Positions 36,488 through 51,119 of a DNA stretch of 64,000 nucleotides are shown here, in pieces. Below the pieces are notes generated by a model. The model saw only the letters and a program-made list of their open reading frames with translations. It did not search any database and was not told the origin of the DNA. The stretch is from Iphione sp. A-MEVVRFRX5. Taxonomy: Eukaryota. Made by a program: the position numbers and the translations under genes. Position 1 is the first letter of the stretch; each line of letters starts with the position of its first letter. Where the stretch lies: assembly GCA_976226885.1 (NCBI GenBank), contig OZ320322.1, positions 25,792,001 to 25,856,000 on the forward strand, in the 5' to 3' direction.

Positions 36488-37377
36488 GGATTACAACCCT
36501 CAATATGCAATCATTGGTCCGTACACTATCGCCCTTCCTAGCCAGCGTTTATGGATACCACTAGAATGAAAACTTGGAATAAGGGCATCTTTTTGCATGG
36601 AAATGCAATCATAGAAGGACAATACTTCAACATGGTACATTATTCATTTCAATCAGTTCCATATGCTACGGAGGAGTCGGCAGCGAAGATCACATTTAGT
36701 GTGCCATTATGCTTCATTATTTTGTTAGCCCGGGCGTCAAAACACCTTAAAACAGAACTGAGAGACAGACGCACTAAATGGATTATTTTCCCACTAGAAA
36801 TCGATCTAGGTCATCGTGCAAGTAGATACTCGGTGCAAAATATTCATGGTGATCGAGTTACTCACCTAGAATCAATATTTTTTTTTGCATGTATAGAACA
36901 GTCCGGCTTCTTTGATATATACTTTTCTTTTAGACTATATACCTTTTTCTTCATGAGAGTACATACATAGACGCTTCGAAGAGTCAGTGTTTTTTTGTGG
37001 GTCTGTGTCTGTGTGTAGTCACAATAATCAAATGAAATTGCATAGGAGTTTGCTCTTCCCTTTCAAGTCTGCTCGGGGCAAACATTAGATAAATGGTCGA
37101 AGGCTAGAGCGTCTTTGGCAGTTCCTTCGTCTATTCAAATCCCACGTGTGACTTAGGCAGCCAATTTCATCTTGAACTTCTATCGCCACCCTCCATGCCA
37201 CGTATAGCTCCCACTCCGACCGTTCCGTTCCCTTAGTCCTGTAGTCGTAATGAACGCTAATTAGGAGAGCCACATCAATTAGACGATTTCGTTAGTCCTT
37301 TCACGTCTACTTCCAGGGGTGCTGGCTTTTCCCATCCTCGGCCTACTCAATTTCCCGGTGTAGTTTGAATTTTTTAG

Positions 37378-37654
37378 TCATTTCCTTCTCATTCTCTCAT
37401 TCTCCGTCATTGTCTCTTTGTAGTGTCTCTCATCTTCATCTGGTGGTTCTGTGTACGAATTTACCCTTATTGGACTGTCCGAGCGTGTAAGATAGACCAT
37501 CTTATATGATGAAAACACCCTCGGCCCTTGCACTGGGTAGTATTTCTCTTCTCTAACTTCTACTGAATCTCTTCGTACATTTCTCTCCGATTCTCTCCGT
37601 TTCCGTCTCTCGTCATCATACACCCCACCAAAATGCAAGTCTCTTTCCACAGGG
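37378..37654 (-). CDS. Possible terminal exon of a charged (R/E-rich) protein
   Basis: Acceptor tttccatctctcag| is followed by ~91 open codons (PVERDLHFGGVYDDERRKRRESE...RMRRK*). No recognisable domain, and purine-rich composition could explain the ORF. Confidence 0.22.
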
Positions 37655-39924
37655 CTGAGAGATGGAAAGCCCATTGTGTATTAGAGAAGTGCGCCTGCCG
37701 CTAGCACAAAGTAGAATTTTTCTCCTCTGTCTCATTTTATCTCTGTATGTTTCGCATTCCCTTTGTCTTGGGCTTTATCCACTTAAGAACAACATAGTAA
37801 TACGGTTGGTACTTCATCTCTCGAGCCGTTTTGGCATTAACCTTGTCAGATATCTATATTTAAATACATATATTCTAATGTAAAGTTTGCATCGTGAGAA
37901 TACTTCGTTTTGATAAGCATATGTCAACCAATATTATTGGGCCGTCTCGTTTTCCTGCATCCTCTTTCCTGCCAGTCTCTTTCTGATCCCCAACCCCCCA
38001 CCACCCACCCCCCTAAGAGCGCCCACCCTATTCACCTCTACGTCTCCTGCTGTCTTTTGCTGTCTTCGCTCCTCTCTCAAGCCGTCCACTCTGAATACGC
38101 TTCATTGCTCGCCCTGCCCTGTCTCGGGGGCCTGTGTCTTTTCTTCGGTTGATCCATTGATCTCCCCGTTGTCATGGCAACTATTGGTGGAAGTTCCTAT
38201 GCTATGTCACTTGTCTTGGGAGAAGCGGGGGGGTTAGGCGCGGGTCGACCTCATCCATTCTTATTACCTTCTAACGTCAGAAGGCCGACCTCTTTCAGCA
38301 CATCAAAGTGTTACGGCCATTTACATCTATACGGCCTGTCAGGAGGCTAATGATCCGGCGAAAGTGATCCGCTGAGGCCGAATCGCGTGGCCATACCTAC
38401 TTTGTTCCGATTCACTGTGGTTCGGGTTCAGAGAACCCGTCCGAACTGTCATTATGGTATTGGCTCCGTAATCTTCTCCATGAGTCCTGGTTGATATGAA
38501 ATGACTAGGCTTCATTTCAATTTTTAAGTTTGTAAAGCGAATGTCTGTGATACTGTTTGACGTTGGCAAATATGAGATTAGAATTTCAGGAGCAACAGCC
38601 AAGCACATATACAGGAGAGTCCGAGATAAATGGTGAGAAAAATACAAACTCAAAGACAGATTGAGAGAAAAAGACGAAAGTGACGGTGAAAATATAGCCA
38701 CATTGGACAATGTCAGGGTTTAGGACGTTTAACTGCCTTAAGAAACACCCGGTGTTATTTAAATCCTTTTTGAAAAGGTGCTGAAAGGTGGATTGATGAG
38801 GAAGACTTAAAGGATGATGTGCTGATCATGAGACCACGCTCTAAGTACACAGAGTGCCTGGACTCGTTTTTCTCATCCGTACAGTAGAGAACAGCATCGT
38901 CAGCTAGCTTATCTGGCTATTCACGCTTCACCTGAGAGTGCAGTGCATAGAAAAAAACGGAAACGTTGTTTTTATAACGAGGAAAGAACTAGACATATCG
39001 ATGTGTATACATCTATATACATGTATCGGTATAGTAAGGTGCCCGTACGTACAGGAGAACCGGCTATTGTCGCAGATGCATATGAGTTGCATACAACACG
39101 TGACTTCCTACTGCCTTCAGAGTAGAACAGATGACTACAAATGGCAATCTAATAGGCAAGCGGTCAGACTTTTTCTATGGGCTCTGAAGGGTTGTCAAGT
39201 CAGACATATACTTTTAAAAAAATTGTGTGACACATACATGCAAATACACGTACATATATGTGTTTGTCTACATTGGAAGGGAAACACTGATCTATCCTGA
39301 TCACGAAATACAGAGTATACCTTTTCTCTTGCTTCCTCTGTATATACATGTAACTTGTATCACCAAGGAGGACGTTACTTTGAACGAACTTGTCAGTTGA
39401 GTTTTCATGTAAGCGTGCCGCCGTGATGCATACAGGTATGTTTTCATCATGTTTCGGGGGGCTAATTTCAACACAAGGAGTGATTCCACGCATGCATATA
39501 GCATGTAACGTGTCTGGGTGTCACGTTTTCACAATGTGAATGTTTGATTTTCCGTGGCATTACGCCACATATTTTTATTCCTTTTTATTGGTAACAAGGC
39601 CATTTTGCTCTCTGAAATACAGTGCGCATGGAAGCACTGTCACCCTGTTTACTGTTGTTAGGCTAAGTTTCCGTGTACACATGTAGGCATGTCTGTCCAT
39701 GTGTGTTTCAAAGCGTATATTTGGTGAACTGTGATTAAGGAGGAGCAAAACCCATACACATGTGTCCATGCATGGCCGTGTGTATCCATGCGTAACCGTG
39801 TTTCCAAAATAGGAACGGTCCCATTCTTCCATGAAAGACATATGTGTTTGGCACATGTATTTTGGGCAGAATCTTTATAACTGGTATTTCAACGTAAAAA
39901 AACACACCTGACGACATGTATGTA

Positions 39925-40300
39925 GAGTGAAACCTCTCTACAGTGGACATCAGTGGGACTGTCCTCAAACCATCCGCAGTCAGGGGCGTCGGCCGTGTTC
40001 AAGCTACCCCTTCTCCCTCTCTATCATGTAATCAATCTTCTCCTCATGACAAAGAATCACAGATCAATAAAGTTCTGGATGAGGTTGCACCTCTACCAGT
40101 GGAGTGGACGACAGGCCTTCTCCAGATTGTGAGGACAAGGTAGCACACTTCCCAGGTGTTACTACTCATCAAAGAAGTGGATGACAGGACTTCTCTAGGG
40201 TGTCTATCCGCTGTAGAGACAGTAAAATAAACATTTGGAACTGTCCACAGGCTGTCCAGAGGCGGATGTCTGCTGTCCGTGAGTGTCCGCTGTGTCCAGG
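39925..40300. mobile_element. Decayed Tc1/mariner (pogo/Tigger-like) MITE
   Basis: TA followed by GAGTGAAACCTCTCTACAGTGGAC, resembling TA-CAGTGAAACCTCTC termini. The complementary remnant TCCGCTGTAGAGA (~40206-40218) and repeated GTCC motifs lie on the right. The right terminus is not intact. Confidence 0.45.
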
Positions 40301-42400
40301 CTTATTGAAACATGTTATTTATTGTTTTTGATTGGGATTGGACTTAATGTGTCGTTTGTAGGGGTTGTACACTGTGCATGTGCGTCCGTTGTGAGAGTCT
40401 CCACTGTTAACAGTGGTTATCGGATTTAGAGAAGCACGCCCTGATACGTTCTCATACGGACAGACACACCTACATGCATACGGGTTAAAACATTACAAGA
40501 ACACATGCTGACATGCTTATATGGAAACCCAGCCTTCTGTCATGAAAAAAGGGTAGTGGCGTTTGTGGGAATAGCATCACCTATGTCGACAGTTCATTAC
40601 ATCCGGCGCCTTTTACCGTTACGCGTTCTTCACAGATACCGTTTTTTATCACTTGCGGCAGTTATTGTTCAGTCCCGCGTGATGATGTAGTAAGCGGCTG
40701 AAAGTAGAAAGCTGCAGTCACCCGCACCGACAAGAGATGTGTACATATGTATCCTGAATCAAGTGTGCACTACTACTGTACTAAAACGTACAGAGATGAT
40801 TGACCGGCAGGAATATGGTGGTAGAGGTACAACGACAGAAAATAAGGAGCAAAACGTGCCCAAAGTAGCGAGACTCGAAGACACCCAGAAAGAGAGATGG
40901 AGAGAAAAAGAGACAGAGGGAGGAAGAGGGATAGAGGGAGAAAGAGAGATGAAGGGAGGGAGGAGGAGCTGCAGGCGGGGTAGGAGACAGAGACAAACAG
41001 CAGGGAAAATCTTTACGCCCTGTCTTGATTTAATTGCTCGCAACTCACGCCTATGAATACGTGTCTCATCTCGGGCTAACAAAGACGCCAAACAGAGCTA
41101 GAATATCCTTCCACGCTAATCATAAGACTGCAGCTCTGTGTAAACATGTCCTCATGAGTATGTAATGTTTATATAACTACCTCAAATATAGACCCGGCAA
41201 AATAGCTATCTGTAATAGAGCCAGATTGATGCTTGTTCCTAGAGACTTGCCTACTCTGGTTGGTGAATTATCTAGTGAATCTGTAATGATTTTCAACCAA
41301 AGCCTTCTCCTGTACAATACGGCTAATGGTGTGCACAGACATTGGCTTTATCGCACTATTTCGCTGTCGTTCTGATTCAGGTCTGTATGTTGTCTTTTGA
41401 GTGTAAATGCGGTTGTTACTTTATGAACAGGACATTCGCACGCCAGGAAATTGCAAATCATATAAGAAACCGCTGGTTATTGGCCTCACCTGAGCGAAAT
41501 GCAACGATGATTTAGAGTATGTTAGGTAAGAGGGGGGCAATGATGAAACAATCAATGCAGCCGACAAATCACAGAAATCATGTTGAGATTCTGAAGTAGT
41601 GTCAATCTACAACGTTTTCCAAATATAGCTGAAACCTCTGCCCCAGCTATATACGTGTATCTTTCCCAGCTTCTTGATGGTAATAACCTGTAAAGGAGTA
41701 TATAAAAAGGAATCTTCACTATTATTAACATCTCGATTTCGCTGGGGGGAAAAAATCTCATTTTCCAAGCCTCAGCGTCAATAACAAGCGGCCTTCAAGA
41801 TTGCTTTCCCGTTAACGCGGCAGATACCAGCTTACACGGATAATGTTGTTTATAGTCACACAGTCCTTACTAACCGTCTGATGGATCGAGATTCATCATG
41901 TGAAAAGGACAGGGGAGATGTCTGTCCAGAATTTAACTCGTGCACATGTTGTGTACTGTTGTCATCTATGAACACATAGGACATGTATATTTTATCTAGG
42001 CTGTACTCATGAGGTGGGCCTGTCGCGACGTTTATGAGCAATTGTACTACATTGGATGAACTATGTGGTTTTGAGCAACTAATCATCTCGGTGTATATAT
42101 ATGCAATATATGCAATACATATGTATATCATAAACAATGTTACTCAATACAGACACAATCAGTCCAAGTCGAACTGTAAACTGAGGCTTTATTGAGCAAA
42201 CATTATTTTTGATTGGCTGACAGTAATTCTAAATACTTTGTCCTGGGAAACATTGTATCATACTAATAAATCATAAGCACCAGTGAAACCCATCCAGAAC
42301 ATTCCGGAATTATGCAAATAGGATAAGTAATTGCGTGAGTCTCATGTAATGTACTTAATGAACTTTAAGCCCACACCGAATGACCCAAGATGTCTGTACC

Positions 42401-42458
42401 AGTTAACCTCACTGCACATAGGTACTGTGCTAGTTAACCTCACTACACATAGTGTACT
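42401..42458. repeat. Two-copy ~31-bp tandem duplication
   Basis: agttaacctcactgcacatag... followed by agttaacctcactacacatag... Confidence 0.85.
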
Positions 42459-45180
42459 TTATTGAAGCCCCACAATGCTACACAACATAGCAGGCAAGTC
42501 TTCTACAATATATACAGGGTCGTTTTTCTAGAATCCTTCGACACCCAGGAGATTGTAACTGTGCCGCGTTCCAGCTTAGAATGGACGAGATTTAACATGA
42601 TGGGTCGCAGTTTTCAACCAACCTAAAGAAGCGACTTACATTGCAATCACAAGATTCGCCGGCTCACAGAATTCCCCTCAATCTTCTGAACACCGACATC
42701 AGGCGGGCGCTCTAAGTGACTGCATACACTAACTACGTTCAAATATACAAGTAGCAGCAAATAACATCAGGTGAGTACGAAGATCTGTGAATGAAATACA
42801 AGCTTGGAATCAAGCGGAAGGGTTAAATTTCCATCATATATAATATCATATATGCTTCCAAGTAATTCGTTTTATATGGAACTGCTGCTCACACAAATAG
42901 ATTAATTGCCACCTTTTGTTTATTTGTTCAAAAATCTCATATAATTGTAGCATTCTAAGAATAGTTTTAAAAAATATCGGTTTTCTTCAGTAGCAAATAG
43001 CTATCAAAGTATGTATGAAGAAGTCATTCTCTCTGCAGCTATTTTAAGTACGATGAGATAGATTTCATAGAAATTCAGTTATTACAGAGAGATTCGTAAT
43101 GCTCCCCTTGTGCGATTAAGGTTCATGCACAGGCACAAGATTTACGGAGTTAATCAACCTTTCATTAGCAACATTGATTCCCAGACGGAAGGAAAAGGAC
43201 TACAGCAGTCCCATTACCTAAGAAGGCTGACAAGTATAAAAAGTATAATCATTATCTGATTTCACTGTTGTCGGTGCTGGCAAAGATAATGGATCGGACT
43301 CTCTTGAACACGGCGACTAGATTTCTTGAATGGAACAACTTTTTGAAAGTAACTTTTAATTTGAATTCCATGACAACCGAGGGACAACTATTTTGGTAAT
43401 TTGCCAATCGTTATTTCAGTTCGAGAAATATTGTTACTTAAATATTGTTAAATTAGCCCTAAAATCTGTCATTCATTATTATTCACCCGCCACAAATTGC
43501 TATTATTTTGTCCTTTTCTCTCTTCTAAATTGTTTTAGACCAATAGGGTATGAATCCTCATATCCAAATCTCGACCTTATTCCCTGTGTGTCAATATGGA
43601 CTCGAAAACCATTTGCTATTTCTTACTGGGTAAACATCAGATCTTGTTAAGGGGAGCAAATTAGTACCAGATTATTTTTATTGGCATACCCGCCTTCACC
43701 ACTGTAGACAAAGGCATAGAGTCAAAGACTATGTAATCAAGCAGTCACTTTAACCGTTTCAGAGCAATGCACTTCTAGTAAGTAGTCACAATCAAAACTA
43801 ATTAATAAGAGTGTTTTAATGTTAAAGATGCAGTCCTTTCAGGACACATGCCCTTTCCAAGGCTGCGATCAGCCCATCGCCGAAGTGCCAGTCACCCAAC
43901 TAGCACTTCAATATTTTCACCCTCTCTGATGTCACAATAGGAAGTCAACCAATGAGAGGGCATTATTTTGCGCCATAGTTTTTACATGTCCAGTCATAGT
44001 TCGAATCGAAAACAAGTACACACAAATTTGGACGTAGACCTTGTGCCATAACGGTGTTAGTCTCTCTCCGTATGCATACGATGTTCCAAGACATAGATAT
44101 ACTTTGCAGTTCATTTTCAACCTACAATATCAATGTTTCTTTAGCTGAAACTTTCCTTAGCTGTTACTCACTTTCCTTACACTGGCGAGGCCTGCCACAA
44201 TCACGATCTGTTATGAAGACGATAAAGTAAGGGAAGAAGAAAAGTAGGCAAGCCTGCATCCTGGTATCACATAGAGGAAGCACAATCTGACAACAATTTA
44301 TTCATCGGTCAGCACTTAACCGCCAACGTATAGGTTAAGCTGGTAAGCTCACAAAATGCGGTCAGCAATCAGGGCGTGCAGAGATTGGGGCCTTTTAATG
44401 CAGTTGGCCTATCGCGGCCTGCCTAGTTCAACGTCAGGATTACTCTTGGCAAGGGATGAGCTGCCGTAATGAGTAACCTGCACATGGAACATAGAAAATG
44501 GGAGAATGAGGCTAAAAGTTCATGTACCCCTGCTTCATGTTTCGGGGCGTCTGTTTATCAACTGGATTGCTTCCTTGTTTCTGTGTTTTTCTAAGGGCAA
44601 AACATGGACCATGCTTGAGACTGGAACATGTCCTATTAATTATAGCCCAAAAATCTATATTAACTTAAAAGTACATAGAAAAGGGACATGGACGGCACAG
44701 GAATGTTTAATTAATTTGTATCTGTGAGTCAATTTCAAGGTTTCTGTTTAGACATTTACACAAAAGGCAAACTTCATACAGATTTTGCATATTTGCCTAT
44801 ACGTTTCATAAAAAGGGCACAATTTACACAGATTATGCTCATTTTAAAACACATGTTGACAACAAAAAGTGCAGTTTATACACGTTTTGCTCATGTACAT
44901 ACATGTATACCGGTACATACATTTTACATACAAACAGAACTCATCGTCAATGAAAAAAACATACACATTAGTATACATTGATCTTAGTTTCCCCCAACAT
45001 CTGTATGGATATGGATGGGTAAGGAATGCACGTGCACGAGTACACAGAAATACAGCCTAACATGAATATCAACTGCAGTATGTGAATGATGTGCGCATGA
45101 TAAGCGCTTAAGTATGATATAAGCGCAACAAAGAAATGGTACTTGACGCTAGTTCACATTGGCTAAAGTGTGCTTCGGTA

Positions 45181-45494
45181 TATTGAAAAAATACACGCGC
45201 TTCTTGTAACCTGACAGACTCTGTTTTGGCCTAAATGGAACTTTTGTTTACTTGTTTTGTGAATAGCTTCTGAGTAAATTCAGATAGAGAAGCATATAAT
45301 ACAGCATTGTGTTACTCAAATTACTAGTGTCATTAAAATCCAAGCAATCGAAGCGATATTGCCATGCACATTTGTAATGCATAGTATTGATTATCACGGA
45401 ACAAAAACTAAATAAAAAATAATCAAAACCACGTACCTACCGACCTTGTATATTTTCAGCATGTTACCGGAAACACAGATATATTTTTTATGCC
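45181..45494. mobile_element. Second, more decayed copy of the 31.1-kb MITE family
   Basis: Right end GTTACCGGAAACACAGATATATTTTTTATGCC|TTA matches the 31396-31426 TIR. The degenerate left end TTCTTGTAACCTGACAGACTCT matches TTTCTGGTAACCCGACAGACCCT. Length is similar. Confidence 0.65.
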
Positions 45495-47619
45495 TTATTG
45501 TCTAGGGCAGTTGGAATGTCATTTTTGACGTATTCACATGCAAACCGCCATACATAAAAGCCAATGCCGTAAAATTTGCTCTGGCAAAAGCTGATGTGCG
45601 AATAGACCCGGTAAATGATGTAGCTGATAGATCATTGTACAGAATAATTCATCTCGGGCGCAGCATATCCACAGGGGTGTAAATGGACAGTACCACTGTT
45701 CATATCCTTCACCCTCTGATGCTAATATGCAAAGGTCAAGTGGTACCCACAGTTCCCAGGACGACAGAAATCTAGCCTTCTTTTGGGGGGTTGAGAATTG
45801 GTAAGGACTGACTTTTTTGATGGCGAGAGATACCTTGGTGTACATGTCCTTGTTGGTGTAAGAGGATGCCTATTATGCGGTGGGAAAATTATTGAGAAAG
45901 CAATCCTGCATACTTGTTTTCAGTTGAGCTTCGTTTCCTACAAAATCTTTTGGTGAAAATATTTTTATGACTAATAAAAACCACAAATCGGGGAATTTAA
46001 ATGAAATATTTACCTGAGCATGTATTCGGATTTGTGCAAACCTGGCGCATGGGGTGTGTGATAACAATCGAGGGCCTTTTGCAGTTCATGATCGTCATCC
46101 CGATCACTTTTTATCAAATGCCCAGACTGATTTTGTTGCCAGCAATGCTCAGTTGATTTTTTCATCTCGGGAAGTCAGTTTAATATTAAGATGCGCAACC
46201 GTCCGAGCTAGGATGCTAACATTACAAAATGTGCCATGCAATTTACAATCTACGTCAGCCATTAAGTTTTCCTTTGAGCTATACAGTACTTGTTTCTTAT
46301 GGGATCGAAGCAATATTGGCCTGCATTGAGTTCATATACTTTCTTAGATTCTATGCCTATTATATTCTTAAATGCGAACAGTCATAATGTTTGTGAATTA
46401 CCTTTTCATATGGGCGTAGGCTCTACAATGACATAAGACATCACTCGAAAAAAAAAACAATGTATTTTCATAAACTTCCGAAAACAGACAGCGCAGAGTC
46501 ATAGATGGGTTGACTGCTACATCAGATTGGCGAAGTTGCGAAATAAAACGTATAAACACAATGTCGGTTGGTATAAGGGTTTAAAAACAATTGAAATGGT
46601 TTAAGCTAAACATTCGTCTGATGGATCTAATGTAGCAGTCATTTATTCGAACGGAAGTCACATTTTTTACTTGATGATCTGTTTTAGTAATCACCGTTAG
46701 AACAGCATTATTTGGTTTTACTTTAACGTGGAGTTTTTCTAAGTACTTATGTGAAATAATGCAACAGCAATTGCTTGCATCCCGTGGATCGCCCTAGTTA
46801 CTTCCAGTTCACCGCGTTGACTGTTTTTTTGGGTGGGAATTGCAGTTTATTCCTTATCTGAATTCATTAAGCGAACTTTTCCAGTTTAGTGAAATGCATC
46901 TGCTGTTACGTAGTAACGACGTCGGTTTATCTGATGAGTGAAAGTGATCGGATCAATTATGAAACGTATATCTAAGCTACTATATTTGAAGTGTGTAGCA
47001 ATTCGCCTAGTGGGAGTAAACCACTGTTTGTATCTTCTTTAGGATATGTTCGCTTAAATATGTTTAATAAAGAGGTGCATGATGAAAATATTGACGCTAG
47101 TGGTGAAGAGGTACTCATGTAGTGATGTGGACCTAGAATTTACTTCGCAAAAAAAGAGAGAAATATGTATTGTATGTAACTGCGCTGCGTATGATTCATA
47201 AATGGAGAATGTGTAATTTATAAGATTCCCGGTATGTCAGGTGTGATTATGCTAGTTCGTTTTTAATTGGCAATAATGCACGACCAATGTACATCATCAG
47301 TCGGTGTACCTTAAATATATAGGAAGGTAACAAATGCCTATTTTCCACCAGTTCCATTAGTGATATTAACATATAAATGAGATGGGGGGATCAATTAGAA
47401 CACAAAGAACTGAACAAATCAGGAAAACAGAAATGCATTACCGTATATGATATCACTTTCTCTTCTCAACATTTCAGTACTTGATTAATGAGAATATAAC
47501 TATTCCATATGTACGTAGCTACATTGTATGTTTACCACGAAGCATGTGAGGCTGATGGAGAAATCGATATACAACCAATATGTGAGTTGTGTTGTACAGA
47601 ATTCCTATCTGACATTATA

Positions 47620-47730
47620 TCCAGAGGCAACGCAGCCAGAGGCGAGTACCATATATCTATAAAGTCTTCTGATGGCGGCCATATTTATTGAGATACAATC
47701 TCAATAGTTTATTGCCCGAGGAGGTGATAT
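47620..47730. repeat. Palindrome-containing remnant, probably from a non-autonomous transposon
   Basis: Perfect 9-bp hairpin TATTGAGAT-aca-ATCTCAATA (47686-47706), ATGGC-g-GCCAT, and a direct repeat ccagaggc..ccagaggc followed by ttattgcccgagg. Confidence 0.3.
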
Positions 47731-49096
47731 AATTCATGGTAATCTAACATTACATACAGACCCAAAGTAATCCGAGGTAAGTGCCATAGAGGAAGACTGA
47801 AATCATTAACTGGCTATGGAAGAAATATCTATTGTATCTATGGATGATAGAGAGGTGAGTCAACATGCTGCATTTCTTTATATGAAAACAGGTTTTAAGG
47901 GGCTCCTTCCGAACAAGTGTACAGAAAATGTTAGAAATAAAATTTCAATGTCAAGAAACCAGGAGAAAAATTATTTTCATGTACCAAATTTAAAGAGCAT
48001 TCAAGAATTATCTAGAGTTATCTCATAACATAATTAAATGATACCTATTTATCCTTATGTGTTTGATTAATTATTTATGGAACAATCCCGCAGGCAATTG
48101 TGTGCCTAACACGCATGCATCAAATGTAAAGCTAGCCGTTTCGAGGAGACTCGTATGAATTTATTATTGATGTCCAAAAGCTGTTTGGTTCGTACTATAA
48201 GCACCGTGATACAACGATCAGTCAACATCTGTGTACATTAAAGACCATCACAAACATGGTCAATGTCAGCATAGTCTAGAGGATGTTTAAAGGCTTCATT
48301 GTAACTGAAATATGGGAATTTCCTGCCATATGAAGCGACTGTGAATATGGCTGAAGCTAGTCTGGAGTGTAGTAAACGGCGATGATGTTTCCCCAAGGAA
48401 AAGCAGTGGTGTAACGAGATGACAAGCTTATCAAACATACCGTTTCATTGTATACACAGAATGAATAAGGCTAGAGCATGGGCAATTTGAAAGACTGGAT
48501 ACAACTGAAAAAGCTTCTGTCTTCCATGGAGAATGTTATCTTAAGTCACCGCCCGCAACTCTTTTCACTGTCCGCGGTTCGTTGGTTAGGTGCAATCACC
48601 AGCATGGTGATTCACAGACCGTCATTCAATAGTTCACGGGATATATTTCATGCTCTATGCATGCCAACCTGAATTGAGGTAACTATGTAATGAAGGTCGT
48701 TTCCGTTCGTTGAACATATGCTTTGTACCCGGCAATGAATGTACAGTACAGTGTTAAATCTGGACATTACATTGCATTACATGCATGTTGAACGAGCTAA
48801 CTTTCGATACAACAGGAACCCTATCTTCCCTCTCTCAAAGCTAATGTATGAAACTGTTGTCTTGCCATATACGGTATCACCTCAGAAAGGCGATCAGCCA
48901 ATGTTCCAAGCCGGACTGGTCTGAGTAGATTGTGGTTGCATTACTGAAGTGTGTTTATATAGAGATTAACAATCTTGTTCCAGTGAAAGTGGCTGGAATA
49001 TTGAGGTGGTTTGTTTACGGAGGTGGTCTCAGGGTGAGGGTTAACTGTATGTATAATACATGTATTTACTATATTTTTAAAGTAAGAGGCCGGGAA

Positions 49097-49113
49097 AGAG
49101 AGAGAGAGAAAGA

Positions 49114-49161
<48 letters not shown>

Positions 49162-49170
49162 GAGGGAGAG
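49097..49170. repeat. (GA)n microsatellite
   Basis: Seen directly. Confidence 0.95.
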
Positions 49171-50227
49171 ATTAAACAGGTAAAAACACATTATTTTCTA
49201 TTTTTTTACTGTTCGAGGCAGCAATGCATTCAATGGTTACTCTTTTTGGCCTATTGCCCAGTATACACCAGTGGACAATGTTTATCTACACAAATGACTG
49301 GAAATACGAAACAGTAGATGTTACTAACATAATAGACACGCCAATATTCCTGGTGCAAGTGTATTAAATAATGAATCACACACGTCATCCCGTTGCCAAG
49401 ACCCTCTTCCGCTAGCCTTGATGAAAATGAAACCATGCTGCGAGGAAAACTTCTACTAAACCGAGAAAATAAATGGGGATTAGACAAGGATCTACTCCTC
49501 CAGTTCACCTCGTGCACGCTCTGAGAGGCTCCCGCTATAGCCACTACCAGTGAAGTACTTTCATTCTCTGCTTTGAACTCTTTTGATCCATCATATATAT
49601 TGACGCTTCATTTAAGGAGTGCACTAAGAATAAAATGGTCGCTTGTAGTGATTCGCTTTCACACAACGCACTGAAGAAAGTATTCGTTTTAGAACATGAG
49701 GGATCGTCATTGTTTTATAATGTATCCATCTGTCTAATGCCGTGTGCTCCTTTCTCGATGGGAATGCATCTCATGTATTTTGCCACCTTTTAGTAAATAC
49801 ACTTGAGGCTATTCTGAATACACTTGTAAGGCCTCCGTTTTCCAGTGTGTAGAAATTCGTCTCTGACTGTTCAACTGTTAAGTGTGTTCGCATAATGAAA
49901 CCTACTTGCTTTAATATGGCGCTTTGGAATTTTATTTTGTTGACATGGCTATGTCTGGGTCAGTTATCGGAGAGAGAGTCCATATGAGGTTCCTTTCACT
50001 AGTCTTTATTCTTTCATATTATATGTAGTAGTCTGGTCAGGGTAAGAACCAATATCAAATCGTATCTGAAAATAATATATCTAAGCTCCTCATTGCATAC
50101 TGTACGACTTAGCTCTGGGAAAGGTTTTGCCATTTCCATCTTGCTGATATTAGTGGGGATTTTCTGCTTCAAATAACTTACTGCAAGAGTAACAGTAGGA
50201 AGTTTCTAAAGGCGTTTTTCTTGCATT

Positions 50228-50310
50228 CGCTTGATACTGATTTGGTCAGGGCGTGAGATATCAGCCAGTATACTATCAGGGTCACGGTTTCAATTCCTGT
50301 TCTGGGGCAT
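50228..50310 (+). mobile_element. Degenerate tRNA-derived SINE head
   Basis: An A-box-like TTTGGTCAGGGCG and B-box-like GGTTTCAATTCC lie in the context AGGGTCACGGTTTCAATTCCTGTTCTGGGGCA, similar to a tRNA-Lys 3' half. It does not fold into a cloverleaf. Confidence 0.3.
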
Positions 50311-51119
50311 AGGCGATCTGCGTTATTGCTAAAGTTCTCACACGGAACAATGAGGTAAAGCCATACCCAGGTTAAAAAGTGAATGTCGGTATAATATTCA
50401 ACACGCGTCTGCTTACTCTCGGAGGGATAAAGAGTATCATCCAGCCCTTTTACGTTACTTTTCTTGGATAGGAATCCAGTCGGATAGAACTAAGCTTCAC
50501 ACAGTGTTTCATACATTTAGTGCCTTCAGGTTCTATGATACAAGTACGTGTCATGTAGTTTCATTTATATGTACTCTATCTACACTTTCACTGGACCCTG
50601 TTCGCGTAAATGATAAATCAGATAATACATGAAACCTGCTAATGCCTTCCTATGAGCCAGATTTCTAGCGCGTTTCTTTAAATGTTGGACGTCTACGTGA
50701 ATAATTGGCGCGTTAATGGCCATCATCTAGCATGCTTTCATCGGTTTTGCATCAGATGGGCTCACTGTTGATTCGTTAACCACTCCTCCAGCTACGTCAT
50801 CTTCTATGATGTGTGAGGAGGGATGGGGAATGGGGCATAGATTCATGCGTCGATTCCAGCTGCAACGCAATCCGTACGTCATAAAACCCAATAGACTCCA
50901 ACTAGATGGCGGAGTTGGAAAAAAGAGTAACTGGTCGTTCCGTTCTATTTCCATGGTTATTTGCTGCCCGACTTGGTACTGATAACTTATCATTAGTTTT
51001 CATAGGGGACGGGAGGCAGCGTATTATGGCGAAAAAAAACAGGACTTCTGTTGAGGCAATTTCGCTCACAATACATCGTGTTATGACGAGATTGGCCGTG
51101 CGGAGAATGGTGGTGGTGG

